Part shown: positions 39,494-52,733 of the stretch, in pieces
Numbering within the stretch: the first letter of the stretch is position 1
How the letters are laid out: every line of letters starts with the position of its first letter
NCBI GenBank assembly: GCA_038496445.1
Contig: JALMLS010000156.1
Location: 108,797-172,796 of the forward strand
DNA from: Trichosphaerium sp. ATCC 40318
Lineage: Eukaryota > Protista > Tubulinea
DNA: 64,000 bases
Reading direction: 5' to 3'
Program-made: the position numbers and the translations under genes
Notes under the pieces: generated by a model
Database searches by the model: none
What the model was told of the DNA's origin: nothing
Seen by the model: only the letters and a program-made list of their open reading frames with translations

Positions 39494-40564
39494 CTATGAA
39501 TAAGCTATTGTATACTCCCTACTTGTACTAAACGTTATAGTAACCATACGATTAGGTTGTAACGTGAATAGCGTTGGTTCAGATTGCCTAGGATTTGGAC
39601 AATCTACTGATGAACCAACGCCACATCCAGTGTAAAAAAGACCTGTCATAATAAATGCGTTAGTCTCCAAGTCAATAGTAACATCTGTGTTTTGAGCTTG
39701 CTCTGACATTGCTACTTGTGCAATAGGTGTATCTGATGATCCTGAACTGAATATTCCGTAGTATCTATTGGCATACTTAACACCGTCTGGTGAGAACGTC
39801 CATCCTGGCTTTCCATCTGTGTTTGCTAAAGTACAAAGTCAGTCTTTAGGTCGAAAACAGAATCTGTTCTTCTGTAAACAATAAGCATGTTTAATCTTCA
39901 AAGATTATAACTTATTGCTTGAACAAACCACTTATCACATTCCATGAGCTTGGCTTTGTGTAGAACAGGTAATGATAGTAATGACCGAAAAAAAAAAAGC
40001 ACGTGACAAAATTGCGACGTACGAACTTGTTTCAAATCAACTGCTCCATTGTCTTCAGATAGAAGCCTATTTTGATGTTGTGAATACAAAGGATAAAGCT
40101 TCGTAATAATAAAAGAAGGAGTGATTGATTTATCACAGTACCATTTTGTGTTGTTGTTTGCTTGTTTTAGCGAGTATACAATATTCCAAGCTTCTGTTTC
40201 TTCTCTAATACCAAGATAGTAATCATTATCCCCAGGTGTTTCCAATACATAAGTTCCTCCATTATTTAAAACCTTAGGTGCACTAAAATGAAAAAGTCAA
40301 CGAGTAAGAAAAAACAAGGAAAAAAAAACCAAATAAAAAATACAATTGTCGTAAACGAAAAAATCAATATGTGCCACCCCCTTTACTACTCATACATTCT
40401 ATCGTTTGTATTACTGCAGAAAATTTTAAAAAAACAGGCATGTGTGTAAAAGAGAAGCCAAACAGGGTCAGCAAACCATCCAAACACAACGCCTCTTTTT
40501 TTGCAAAAACCTTATAGTGTAAACTAAGTAACACGTTCGAAATCAGTACTGTCAGTGTAGCCAT
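39494..40564 (-). CDS. hypothetical, probably secreted multi-exon protein
   Basis: Open exons (GTYVLETPGDNDYYLG..., GKPGWTFSPDG...YTGCGVGSSVDCPNP...); hydrophobic N-terminus; no family recognised. Confidence 0.5.
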
Positions 40565-41779
40565 ATGGTTTTTACTGCGCTATGACGCTTTTTTAAGTGA
40601 AAAGAAATCTGTTGTAGGGAGGTTTTCTTTGATTCAAGGCCGTGTTACAAATAAACGTACGCAAAGAATATTGACGGGACCGTAGTGACAGTGCCAGTTT
40701 TTGTTGCTTGGACATAAATGCCAAACTGCTCGTAGGGATTGTTGTAAGAACTTTGTGTGTTTTCGTTTACAATCTAAAGTCGTTTTAATCGATTTGGAAG
40801 CAATAACGTTATTTAGTTTGTGTAACACAACAATAACGCTCTCAACGCATCTGGACGTTGGTAGAGCGTTATATAGACTATTTAAAAGTACAAATAGTGT
40901 TTTTTGCTTAGTACCTTTATTATTGTTGCTTGTATTGATGAAACTAACAACAATACAACGAGAAACATAATGTGACGCATAGTTGTGCTCGATAATGGCA
41001 TTTACAATTGTTCTATTGGTCAAACTGGTTCTTTTTTACCTTCTCACAGAATTCGAAAAGCAGAATGTAAGTACTATCACGTTCCTCTTGGAGGTTTTTA
41101 GATGTGTGAATGCTAACGCCTACAGCTTGTGATAACAATTTGTACTAGGATTCAATTCTAAATTTTACTGTAACCTTTGCACTCTAGATATGATCTAGCT
41201 TGAGATTCCTAACCTACTCTGATATACTCCACAATTGGTGTTTGACCAATAAAATCGCCATGGTCACGAACTAGCTAACTATACTTTAATACTGCAACAC
41301 TATTAACATACAAAAATAAGCCTTAATCATACAATAATCACGTGATATGAGATAGTAAACAGGAGCAAAAACGAGCTAGTTGTTTTGGTTTCACAATTCT
41401 TTCTTGCTGTTATCAGATAATATTGCTTTACACAACCGAAACATAGTGTCAATATTACTAGAGGCTATGCGTCCAGGCTGTGCGACTAAAGAAGGGTTTA
41501 AATTCGAAACTAAACAAAATTCTCAAAAAAAAAAGAAACCACAGACATTTAATTGGCTGAAACAGATACGCCCGAAGTGTGTCGTTACGAAACAAGACAA
41601 GATAGGAGATCAGACCGCCGTCGATCCAAAAAAAAAGGTCAAAAGCCATTCCTTCGAAATCTATTCATATCAAAAATAAAGTGCGTGTTATCGTAAGTGT
41701 TAGTTTTCCATTCTGGTAATGCATGTTCCTCATTTGATTCTAATTGTATTTTGTTTTCCTAGTTCGCTAGTTTCGCTAC

Positions 41780-44513
41780 ATGTTTACAACAGTAAGCCTA
41801 TTGGTGATTATATTATCATATCTACCGCGTAAGGCCTTTAACTGTAATATGGTTATTTCTCATTTGTTTGTTTTAGTTTGTACTTTAGCAGGTGGATCGC
41901 GGCTCATTATTCCATTCACTGTTACCAACCAAACAACGGAAGCAAATGATCTTAGTAATGAGGGAACACCAGAACTGGCTTCCATACGCGTGAAAACAGG
42001 CGAACTGTATTTCGCTTACGCTTCTCAAGCAGGTGAGTAATGCTAAATCACTCGATAGATCTTGTGTGAACCGAGGAAAAGACTTCAAGAATTCTATGAG
42101 ACTGTCTGCTTTTGCTCATCCAAAAAAGGCAGTCGATAAAACGTTTTGTATGAAGTAGACACTGTATTAATTTAGTTGTCTAGAAAAGTTTCTCATGACA
42201 GGTGTTCTATTTGGTAGTACGATTGCTGTCGTTTCGCCCACTGGCACGTGTGATGAAATATTTTGTAAATACTTATTTTTTGGTATTCTAGAGTTAGAGA
42301 CAAGAACCCGCAGTTTTGAGCCTCTATTCATTCCAGACGCTTTTAACGTTAAAATCCCAAACAATTTGCACGCGCCACCTGGTGATAGTGAGTTTCAAAT
42401 TGTTTATGAAAACAACGGTGAATTGTTTGTGGATTATTTGACCCCACACCTAAACAATAGAGTACTTCCAACTTCTCCTCAATCTGAGTAAACTTACTTT
42501 ACTTTAAGACAATATCTGTCGACATCTCAAAGAGGAGAGTGTTAACAACTGATAGACTTGAATCCCTCGTTGTACTTGAGTGTACGTTCCATTTTATCTA
42601 AAACAGTTGCTTGGCAAAACTTAACCTGATTTTCTGAAAGATAATGATGACTTGGTGGTAAGTGGTATCACAGGTTCAACGCAAAACTATGAGGTTCAAA
42701 TAATCACTGAATACAATGATCCAATGATACCTGATATGATTTTTCCAAGTACGCCATATTTTAAACAAATCACATACCTCAAACTAATGTACAGTCCCCA
42801 TTGGGTCAAACGTTTCAGCATTAGCTGCAGTAGAACGTGACTGCTTTATACTTGCAAGTCAAAACCCAGATAATACAACTGAAGTACTTATTAGATCAGT
42901 CGTTGGTACAAATGTGGTACTGTTATTGCTCTAAAGAACTACTTGTTGTTAAAAAAATACAACATCTTTCAATTCTACTGATACCTTTTGCGAGAACTGA
43001 TAGCTCCAACAAAAACCTAATACACCTTTTACATAGAATGACCTCGACACTGTTGTAGTCAGTGCAATGGCACGCGAAATTATCTTTACATACAACGAGT
43101 TCAACAATACACTATTGCTCTACGTTTTGGATCAGTCTGGAACATTTTCACAAACAGCTATTACTACCAATTGTGTTACAGTTGATTTAGCTCCAGGCGT
43201 GACATCTGTTGCTGATACGTTGTTCAGTGTCGTTGCTGTTTCTCCTAGTGACATATCTACATTTGTTATGCTGTACCAATTTGGAAGTGCTTCTACAATT
43301 AATGTTTTAACATATCCGGATCCTGGTACTAACGTAAGGTCTTTGTATAGAACTTCACTGAGAATTTTGTTTAGATTGATTTCATAGATATTCCAGGGGG
43401 TATGGATCTAAGAGGGGTAAAAGGTGTTTTTGATGTAGACAATTGTGTTATTAATGTGAGTCCTTTTTTGAACCATTCAGGTGGACTGTTCTTGGGGTTT
43501 TTTAATAATACGCTTGCAGATACTTGTTGAATTAGAAGATGGTGCTCAGTTGGTTTTTTTTTTGCCGCCTTCTAGTGGTGTACAAGATATTTTCAATTGC
43601 ACAAGTGAGTCTAGTTTTACAATGAAAGAGTTTTAACATTTCTAGAAAGTCAACCACTGCCACCAACAGCAGCACCAATGACTCCCACCACAGTTTCACC
43701 TACGACAACGTCACCAACAGAAGTCCCAACTACAGGTAAGTTAATTACTTTATTCATTGTTATACTCACATTCGCCAGCTTCGTCTGTAAATACAACGAT
43801 TTCGTGTGCTACTAGCAATTGCCTTGGTTGTGCCAGTACAATGGACATGTGTTTGTTCAATGCAAGCATTGTTGTGAATCCTGAAGTAGTTGTAACAATT
43901 GATGATCCCACCATTGTTCAAGGCGACTTTATAAACAATGGTGATATTGTATTGGTGGTTGGAGATGGCGATGATGTCCCCTTGACGGTTGAAGGTACTC
44001 CTCGCAATACCTTATGCTCAAACCATTTTATTTCAGTGAGTTAAATGGTGTATAGGATGCCTGGTAATACAACCAAACAGTTCATTCGTCATTGATATCT
44101 CTGGAGTTGATACATCATCTGATACTGTCATCAATGTTATCGAATGTTCTTGTATCACTGGAGCCGAACACATACAGGCGACAAATCATGAATGTGTTCA
44201 AACTCAAAAACAACGCACTACAGCAGGGTACAACTATCCGTCAGTATTCTTTTAATCCATTGTTTAGTCTTGCGCTTTCAATTTTCACAGATACTTGCAA
44301 TGGAAGTAGTAATATGGGTATCATCATTGGAGCAACTATTGGTGTAATCGTATTGGTAAATCATCCTATTTACGTCATTTGTGATGTTTCTCTTTCTTAT
44401 TTCTTTCCTTTTAGTTGATCATCATTTTCTTTGTTGTTGTATGTCTTATACGACCTTTACGAAAAGCAGTATTACCTTGGTCTTTAAGAAAACCACGCCA
44501 AACTAGAGTTTAA
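41780..44513 (+). CDS. type I cell-surface protein, copy A
   Basis: Signal peptide MFTTVSLLVIILSYLP|LCTLA, beta-rich ectodomain, P/T stalk, Cys-containing module, TM MGIIIGATIGVIVL|LIIIFFVVV, tail RPLRKAVLPWSLRK. Confidence 0.8.
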
Positions 44514-44591
44514 TACACAAACAAGAGTACTCTGTATCTCAAAATCACTTCATTCAATCACTAAACCTACCAGTACATATCTCTCCGTTTG

Positions 44592-45290
44592 CTATTTTTG
44601 AAACAACATGAATGTGCGACTACAGAGCAAAGCCAAAAAAGTTGCTGGTTCTATGAAAGCTGTGATAAAGTCCATTCCTATAATTTTGTTGGTAATAGGT
44701 TGGGGAAATGTTGATTTCGTATCAATAGGCGCTTGGCGACTTTTTCCGTAAGAAATCACGTGCACATTAAAATTTTTTATTGTTAGAATAATAACCTGTT
44801 GTAGTAGGATATTACCAAAAAACTGAAAACAAATTGTTGCTACCTCCATTGTTTCTGGACGATAAGAGCATACTTTTGGTGAGAAGAATTCTGTTTTATC
44901 TTCATATTTTTTGCAATGATACACCACAGTGAATTCCGGCGACACAAAGATGTCAGTGCTGCTGTTGGATGCCAGAAATGGGCCTTATTTGTTTTGGTGG
45001 CGTAATAACCAACATAAGTTCCCACTTCTCGCTTTGCTCAAAGATTCACATAACACACTAGTGAAAATAGATTTTCGTTAATTAATCAGTAACAACAGAA
45101 GATCTGATACTTCTATCAAATGTGTAGATCTACCACAACGTGAACTATTTGTTTGGTGATGCTTTCTTTCGCCGTATGGCTTACATAACTTAGTGATAAG
45201 TACGACATACCTTAAGGAGATAACAAAATTTTTAATGTCAGTTTCAATACCATGGAAGATGATTGCACGTATTTTATGCACACTGTACAC
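44592..45290 (-). pseudogene. decayed or uncertain coding fragment between the duplicates
   Basis: Overlapping ORFs 44840-45025 and 44592-44945 appear to join by a frameshift; no family recognised. Confidence 0.2.
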
Positions 45291-46313
45291 AGTACGATCA
45301 ACGAAGATTGTTTTAATGAGCTAAACGCAAATTAAAAAGCTATGATATCCTACAAAGCTATCACGTTACCGCCAAACACGGTAAACTGCTTGCTGTATGT
45401 TTATTTCAAAAAATTTACATGTATAACTTACTAGCGCCTGCCCCACGCTACCAAAAGAACTCTGGTAGCATCCAAACATCAAGTCAGGTGGATTAACACT
45501 AAAACACCACCAGCGTTGCAGTAGGCTTTGTAAACGCCGCCAGGGTGTCAAATAATTTCTAAAACAATTGCTATGAGTTTGTTAAATCACATGGGTTTTA
45601 AACGGTTAGATTCGCTGGACAGGCGTGAGGGTAGATCACATATATATAAAACGATTTGCAAGAAGTGTCAAATCCGTCAAATCGGCAGAAACTGGATTTT
45701 TTTTTGCTAAATGTTAGCATGTCAAAACTTGAATTCAATCACTTCTGAAAAGATGTGAAGCACATAAGAAAGTGGTCACGAACCAGCGAACATTTTCAAT
45801 AAAAAATAAGGGTTCACGTGCGCAAATATTATGATCACGTGATAAACGACAAAAAAAAAAAGAGATGAATGTTTTTGGGTTTTGTTCTTCTACGAACCTT
45901 TAATAGCGTACTTACAAGGCAAATTGACCATCCACCAATGCGTTGTAAATTTCACAGCACAGAATCCTCTTGAAACGTTTCTGTTGTTATCATAAACTAG
46001 CGTCAAATTAATAAGGGCTATTTGACTAAAAAATAGAGGGGTGGCGAAAAAACGAAAAAAAACTTTTTTGCACTCACTATCGGTGAAGCCACGCTACCGA
46101 GAGAAACATACGGCGCGTGATCAGTGTATTATTATATTGTTTTATCATTTACCAAAAAGTCAAAAGACATTCCTGAAATGAGGTTAAAGTTAAATTTTGG
46201 TTTGGAACAACAGAGCTTGTCGTAAGTGTTATTTTTATGTCCTAGAAATATACACTGCCGGGTAATTTAATTCTGATGTTTTTTTATTTTTCTTAGTTCG
46301 CTAGTTTTGCTAC

Positions 46314-49091
46314 ATGTTTACAACAGTAAGCCTATTGGTGATTATATTATCATATTTACCGCGTAAGGCCGTCTAAGTTTAATCAGGTCAATTCTTATTT
46401 ATTTGTTTTAGTTTGTACTTTAGCAGGTGGATCGCGGCTCATTATTCCATACACTAATACCAAAAATGTAACAGAAGCAAATGATCTTAGTAATGAAGGA
46501 ACACCAGAACTGGCTTCCATACGCGTGAAAACAGGCGAACTGTATTTCGCTTACGCTTCTCAAGCAGGTGAGTAATGCTAAATCACACTCGATAGATCTT
46601 GTGTGAACCAACCTCAAGAATTTTTTGGAAACCAAAGTGCTTTGCTTCATCCAAAAAAGGCAGTCGTGATAAAACGTTTCTAGTGTTTTGTTTGGAGAGG
46701 ACATTGAACTAATTTAGTTGCCTAGAAAAGTTTCTTATGACAGGTGTTCTATTTGGTAGTACGATTGCTGTCGTTTCGCCCACTGGCACGTGTGATGAAA
46801 TATTGTAAGTACTTATTTTTTGGTATTCTAGAGTTGGAGACAAGAACCCGCAGTTTTGAGCCTCTATTCATTCCAGACGCTTTTAACGTTAAAATCCCAA
46901 ACAATTTGCACACGCCACCTGGTGATAGTGAGTTTCAAATTGTTTACGAAAACAACGGTGAATTGTTTGTGGATTATTTGACCCCACACCTAAACAATAG
47001 AGTACTACCTACTTCTCCTCAATCAAAGTAACCTTACTTTACTTTAAGACAATATCTGTGGACATCTCAAAGAGGAGAGTGTTAACAACTGATAGACTTG
47101 AATCTCTTGCTGTTCTTGAGTGTACGTTGCATTTAAAAACATTTTATTCAAACACAGTTCTAGCAAAATACTTTCAAACCTTATTTTCTGTAAGATAATG
47201 ATGACTTGGTGGTAAGTGGTATCACAGGATCAGCGCAAAACTATGAGGTTCAAATAATCACTGAATACAATGATCCAATGATACCTGATACGATCTTTCC
47301 AAGTATGTCGTATTTTAAATCACATAGCTCAAACTAATGTACAGTTTCAATTGGGTCAAACGTTTCAGCATTAGCTGCAGTAGAAGGTGACTGCTTTATA
47401 CTCGCAAGTCAAAACCCAGTGAATACAACTGAAGTGCTTATTAGATCAGTCATTGGTACAAATGTGGTACTGTTTTTGTGCTGTTGCTCAAAAAGAACTA
47501 TTTACTTTGAAAAAAAATACAAATCTTTCTACTGATACCTTTTGCGAGAACTGATAGCTCCAACAAAACCTAATACACCTTTTATATAGAATAACCTCGG
47601 CACTGTTGTAATCCGTGCAATGGCACGCGAAATGATCTTTATATACAACGAGTTCAACTATACACTATTGCTTTACGTTTTGGATGATCAGTCAAGAAGA
47701 TATTCCCAAACAGCTATCACTACCAATTGTGTCACTATGGATTTAGTTGCTGGCCCTACTGCTGAAGCTGATACTTTATACAGTGGCGTTGCTGTTTCTC
47801 CTAGTGACACATCTACATTCGTTATGCTGTACCGGATATCAGATCTTACAAGCGTTAATATTTTAACATATCCGGATCCTGGTACTAACGTGCGAAGTGC
47901 TTAGCTTAGAAGTTCACTGAGAATTTTTTTTCTTTAGATTGATTCCGTAGACGTTCCAGGGGCTGTAAGAGGGCTAAAAGGTGTTTTTGATGTAGACAAT
48001 TGTGTTATCAATGTGAGTCCTTTTTGAACCATTCAGGTGGACTGTTCTTTGGGTTTTTTAATAATATGGTTGTAGATACTTGTTGAATTAGAAGATGGTG
48101 CTCAATTGGTTTTTTTTTTGCCGCCTTCTAGTGGTGCACAAGATATTTTCAATTGCACAAGTGAGTCTAGTTTTACAATGAAAGAGTTTTAATATTTCTA
48201 GAAAGTCAACCACTGCCGCCAACAACAGCAGCACCAATGACTCCTACCACAGTTGCGCCTACAACAACGTCACCAACAGAAGTACCAACTACAGGTACTT
48301 AGTTTTACTTGTTGAACTGCAACTAATACTCACCCTTATTGCACCAGTTTCACCACCTTCGTCTGTAAATACAACGATTTCGTGTGCTACTAGCAATTGC
48401 CTTGGTTGTGCCAATACAATGGACATGTGTTTGTTCAATGCAAGCATTGTTGTGAATCCTGAAGTAGTTGTAACAATTGATGATCCCACCATTGTTCAAG
48501 GCGACTTTATAAACAATGGTGATATTGTACTGGTGGTTGGAGATGATGATGATGCTCCTTTGACAATTGAAGGTACTCTTCACAACACCTTACAGTCAAA
48601 CCACTTTATTTCAGTGAGTTAAATGGTGTGTAGGATGTCTGGTAATACAACCAAACAGTTCATTCGTCATTGATATCTCTGGAGTTGATACATCATCTGA
48701 TACTGTCATCAATGTTATCGAATCTCCTTGTATCATTGGAGTCGAACACATACAGGCGGCAAATCATGAATGTGTTCAAACTCAAAAACAACGCACTACA
48801 GCAGGGTACAACTATCCGTCAGCATTCTTTTAATCCATTATCTAGTCTTGCGCTTTCAATTTTCACAGATACTTGCAATGGAAGTAGTGATATGGGTATC
48901 ATCATTGGAGCAACTATTGGTGTAATCGTATTGGTAAATCATCCTATTTACGTCATTTGTGATGTTTCTCTTTCTTATTTCTTTCCTTTTAGTTGATCAT
49001 CATTTTCTTTGTTGTTGTATGTCTTATACGACCTTTACGAAAAGCAGTATTGCCTTGGTCTTTAAGAAAACCACGGGAAACGACAGTCTAA
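46314..49091 (+). CDS. type I cell-surface protein, copy B (tandem paralog)
   Basis: Same exon/intron structure as copy A. Confidence 0.8.
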
Positions 49092-49810
49092 TATTTACAA
49101 AAGAGTAACCTTGGGCATCTCAAAATCACTTCATTGTTCAATCACTAAACCTACCAGTACATACATCTCACCAGTGTTTGCTATTTTTTTGTAACAACAT
49201 AAATTTGCGACTACAGAAACCGTGCAAACCCAAAATGAACTTTAATGATTCGTCTTCTCCAAGTACTTGCATTACTAATTCAAAGGAATGGAAAACATTG
49301 GTATCTTCAAGAGATTATTATTACTTTAAAGATCAGTGAACCGCCTCAAAATACTTTCCGCAGCTAGTACAATATCTAACTCATATTCAGCAACAGCACG
49401 CTTGATTTTTGATTATAATTTGTGCTACACGAATAGAATCAAAGGCTCCATCCAAAGCATTGAACTTTGAGATAAATGCATCAGTTTGGTACATATATGC
49501 TAACATATTTGGCCTTTGACATTGATACGTAACCCGTTGTTTTGAAAAGTACGTTGTGGCCCAAAATATTGTCACGTGATGGTTGTTGGATGCTGGTTAA
49601 AAAATTGCTTTTTTTTCCCTTTTTGCTATTAAACTGAATGAAATAGGCAGCATTCGACAGATAACAAAGAGCTATATGCCATTGTTAGAGAATACTTATC
49701 ACCAGAGATTAGATAAAAATATGCCTTGCACTTATGCTGGTGGTCAAGTGTATCCCAACAATCATTAACTGAGAAAAAAAGAAAAAGAAAATAGAACAAC
49801 CGAGCACATA

Positions 49811-50532
49811 TTGTCCGTATCATTCAAGTTTGCGACAGGTTTGGCAGAAGTATCAAAGTGTAAGATCTTGCAAGAGCTAACAGATCTTGTCACTTTTGCT
49901 AGTTCTTATAAGTTCTGTCAGATCTGTTAAAAACTTGAAGGTTCAGTGCATCACATTCCACAACTCCAGTCTATGTCTTGCTTTCCGTGCTTATGTACCT
50001 TAAGGCAAGAAAAAATACAATGTCAAAGTCACATCATCTAACAAGAGTATTGCAGTATTTTGCGTAAGTGCGCTTGTAAATGCTACACTCACCAAAGAAG
50101 CGCCCAAGCCGAACAAGACCAAAAGGTACGAATTACTTGTTGGCTAACGTACTACGCCGCCACACACTAGTGCAGACACAGTCATAGCGTCAAGCGTATC
50201 AAACGGAAAAAACCTTAAGATTAATTCCAAAAGCGCTCGAAGTATCTCTGGAGGCGTTATTATGGTACGTACGCCATGTAAACGTACTAAAAATGTAAAA
50301 TAAAACAAGTATTTATTGTTTTTTAAAATCACGTGGTCTACTGCAAATTCATGATTTTTCCGCCCAGCAAGTCTCCATTTCAAACGTAGGGTCTGCTAGT
50401 TCTAGCAAAATTGTCAGTTCTGTAAGAACTAACAGAAGTTGCAAGATCTGTCAGATCTGACTAAACTCGAAAACCAAAAGTCACAAACAGCAAAAAGTTG
50501 CAAAGATTAGCAAACTTGATTGATACGGACAA
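49811..50532. mobile_element. non-autonomous DNA transposon (MITE) with 23-bp TIRs and TA flanks
   Basis: TTGTCCGTATCATTCAAGTTTGC (49811-49833) matches the reverse complement of 50510-50532 with 1 mismatch. TA lies at 49809-10 and 50533-34. Sub-terminal inverted AGATCT-rich repeats are present. Confidence 0.8.
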
Positions 50533-50843
50533 TAAAAAATTGTAAACTATTATCCGTTTCAGTCATTTTTCGCTCTGGAAGCATTTTATTTGTGTTGTAG
50601 TATCCATTGGAGCACCTTTTACGAGAAAAATAACTGGCGAAATAACTAGTTATGACTTAGAAATTATTTCAGCAGGTTTACAAGCGTACAGGACGAATAC
50701 AATTACTCCTTTACAGACGGAGAAATAATAACCCGGCTTCACTGAGAGCTTTGTAGTCAGCATAGTTCTCATGCCACGTGTCACAACTACTATTCACAAT
50801 TACTAAAGGGAACTAACCTACACGTGACAAAACTATAAATAAA

Positions 50844-52157
50844 ATGAGTTTAATGCAGCTACCTACCGAGACAATAGCCATCATCTTGCTTCAAACAACG
50901 AAAGCGCGGTTCGCAGCGTGTCAAACCTGTCATCGTATTGCCTCAATCATTCACGATGTTATTGGATACGAAGAAGTGAAAATTACAAATATCTCACAAG
51001 CTCAGATGCTTTTAAAACACGCCAGCACTCTTCAGAAAACAAAAATCATTCTCGAAGGACGTTGTTTTAATGATAACAATATAAAACTATTTGCTGGTGT
51101 AAAAAATATTGAAATTTCCTGGACTGTAGATATAGACGAAGGTGTCAAAGAACTTGCTGGAGTTCACACTATTTCCCTTAACGGAAGTAAAGTAACAGAT
51201 GAAGGTGTTAAAGCGCTTGCTGGAGTTCACACTATTTCCCTTAACGCAACTAATGTAACAGATGAAGGTGTTGAAGCGCTTGCTGGAGTTCACACTATTT
51301 CCCTTGACGCATGTAAGGGTGTGACTGATGAAGGTGTTGAAGCACTTGCCGGAGTTCACACTATTTCCCTCATTGACTGCGAGAATGTGACTGATGAAGG
51401 TGTTGAAGCACTTGCTGGAGTACATGATATAGGCCTCAGTTTCACTTCAGTAACAGATGAAGGCGTTAAAGCACTTGCCGGAGTTCACACTATTTCCCTC
51501 GTTGAATGCGAGGATATAACTGATGAAGGTGTTGAAGCACTTGCTGGAGTACATGAGATACATCTTAGTTACACCTCAGTAACAGATGAAGGTCTCAAAG
51601 CACTTGCTGGAGTTCACTCTATTTGGCTCATTGGATGTAAGGATGTGACTGATGAAGGTGTTAAAGCGCTTGCTGGAGTACATGAGATACATCTTAGTTA
51701 CACCTCAGTAACAGATGAAGGTCTCAAAGCACTTGCTGGAGTTCACTCTATTTCGCTCATTGCATGTAAGAATGTGACTGATGAAGGTGTTAAAGCACTT
51801 GCTGGAGTACATGAGATAAACCTTCATGAATGTGAGGATATAACAGATGAAGGCGTTAAAGCACTTGCTGGAGTTCACACTATTTCCCTCGTTGACTGCA
51901 AGAATGTGACTGATGAAGGTGTTAAAGCACTTGCTGGAGTACATAATATTTGTCTCAATGGGACCAAACTAACAGATGAAGGCGTCAAAGCGCTTGCTGG
52001 AGTTCACACTATTTCGCTCACTGGATGTAAGAATGTGACTGATGAAGGTGTCAAAGCACTTGCTGGAGTTCACACTATTTCGCTCATTGCATGTAAGAAT
52101 GTGACTGATGAATGTGTTAGAGCACTTGCTGGAGTACATGAGATACAGTATTGGTGA
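50844..52157 (+). CDS. intronless F-box-like + LRR protein (about 14 repeats LAGVHTISLxxCxxVTDEGVKA)
   Basis: LMQLPTETIAIIL F-box-like start; highly homogeneous 23/24-aa LRRs. Confidence 0.92.
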   Translation: MSLMQLPTETIAIILLQTTKARFAACQTCHRIASIIHDVIGYEEVKITNISQAQMLLKHASTLQKTKIILEGRCFNDNNIKLFAGVKNIEISWTVDIDEGVKELAGVHTISLNGSKVTDEGVKALAGVHTISLNATNVTDEGVEALAGVHTISLDACKGVTDEGVEALAGVHTISLIDCENVTDEGVEALAGVHDIGLSFTSVTDEGVKALAGVHTISLVECEDITDEGVEALAGVHEIHLSYTSVTDEGLKALAGVHSIWLIGCKDVTDEGVKALAGVHEIHLSYTSVTDEGLKALAGVHSISLIACKNVTDEGVKALAGVHEINLHECEDITDEGVKALAGVHTISLVDCKNVTDEGVKALAGVHNICLNGTKLTDEGVKALAGVHTISLTGCKNVTDEGVKALAGVHTISLIACKNVTDECVRALAGVHEIQYW

Positions 52158-52733
52158 CTGATTAATGTATTAAAGCTCTTGTTGGAGTACATACTTGAGC
52201 AAGTATTTTGAACTAAAAACACAATAAAGATGTACGAGTTTTTTTTAATGCCTTCCTTTTGACATTTAGTAAAAAATTGTGATACACGTGCGTCCTGAAG
52301 TACTTTCCCTGTCATATTTAAAACAATTTAAAACCAGCGTCAGCGCTGTCGCAGATCCAGTATTTGTTTTCCTCATCTAGTAACCAAAATAATACCTGAT
52401 TCACTACTTGAAACACCAGGACTTTGCTCCAGTAAGACAGCATCCCTCGCCGAAGATTCATGTTGAGTAAACCCCTTGGCACCACTATTGCTAATAAAGC
52501 TACTGTTGTTATTAATAAAAACATCCTATCTATCAAAGCGTATTGAACATTATTAAACAATAACAAACAACATAGGGGGGTGACCTATTATTCAAATTGG
52601 GAGCAAAATAAAATAGGCTGAGGTCAAAACATTGAAAGCAGTAGAGTGGTTTTTTTTTTTTGAGTGCTGACCTTACCGCTTTTGATTAACACGTGTACCA
52701 TCAGTAGAGTTAAACATATCATTTTTTATTTAT

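Noticed and set aside
51130-52140. Regular direct repeats resembling a CRISPR array
   Set aside because: They are in-frame LRR coding repeats in a eukaryotic gene; antisense ORFs 51087-51425 and 51705-51944 are shadows.
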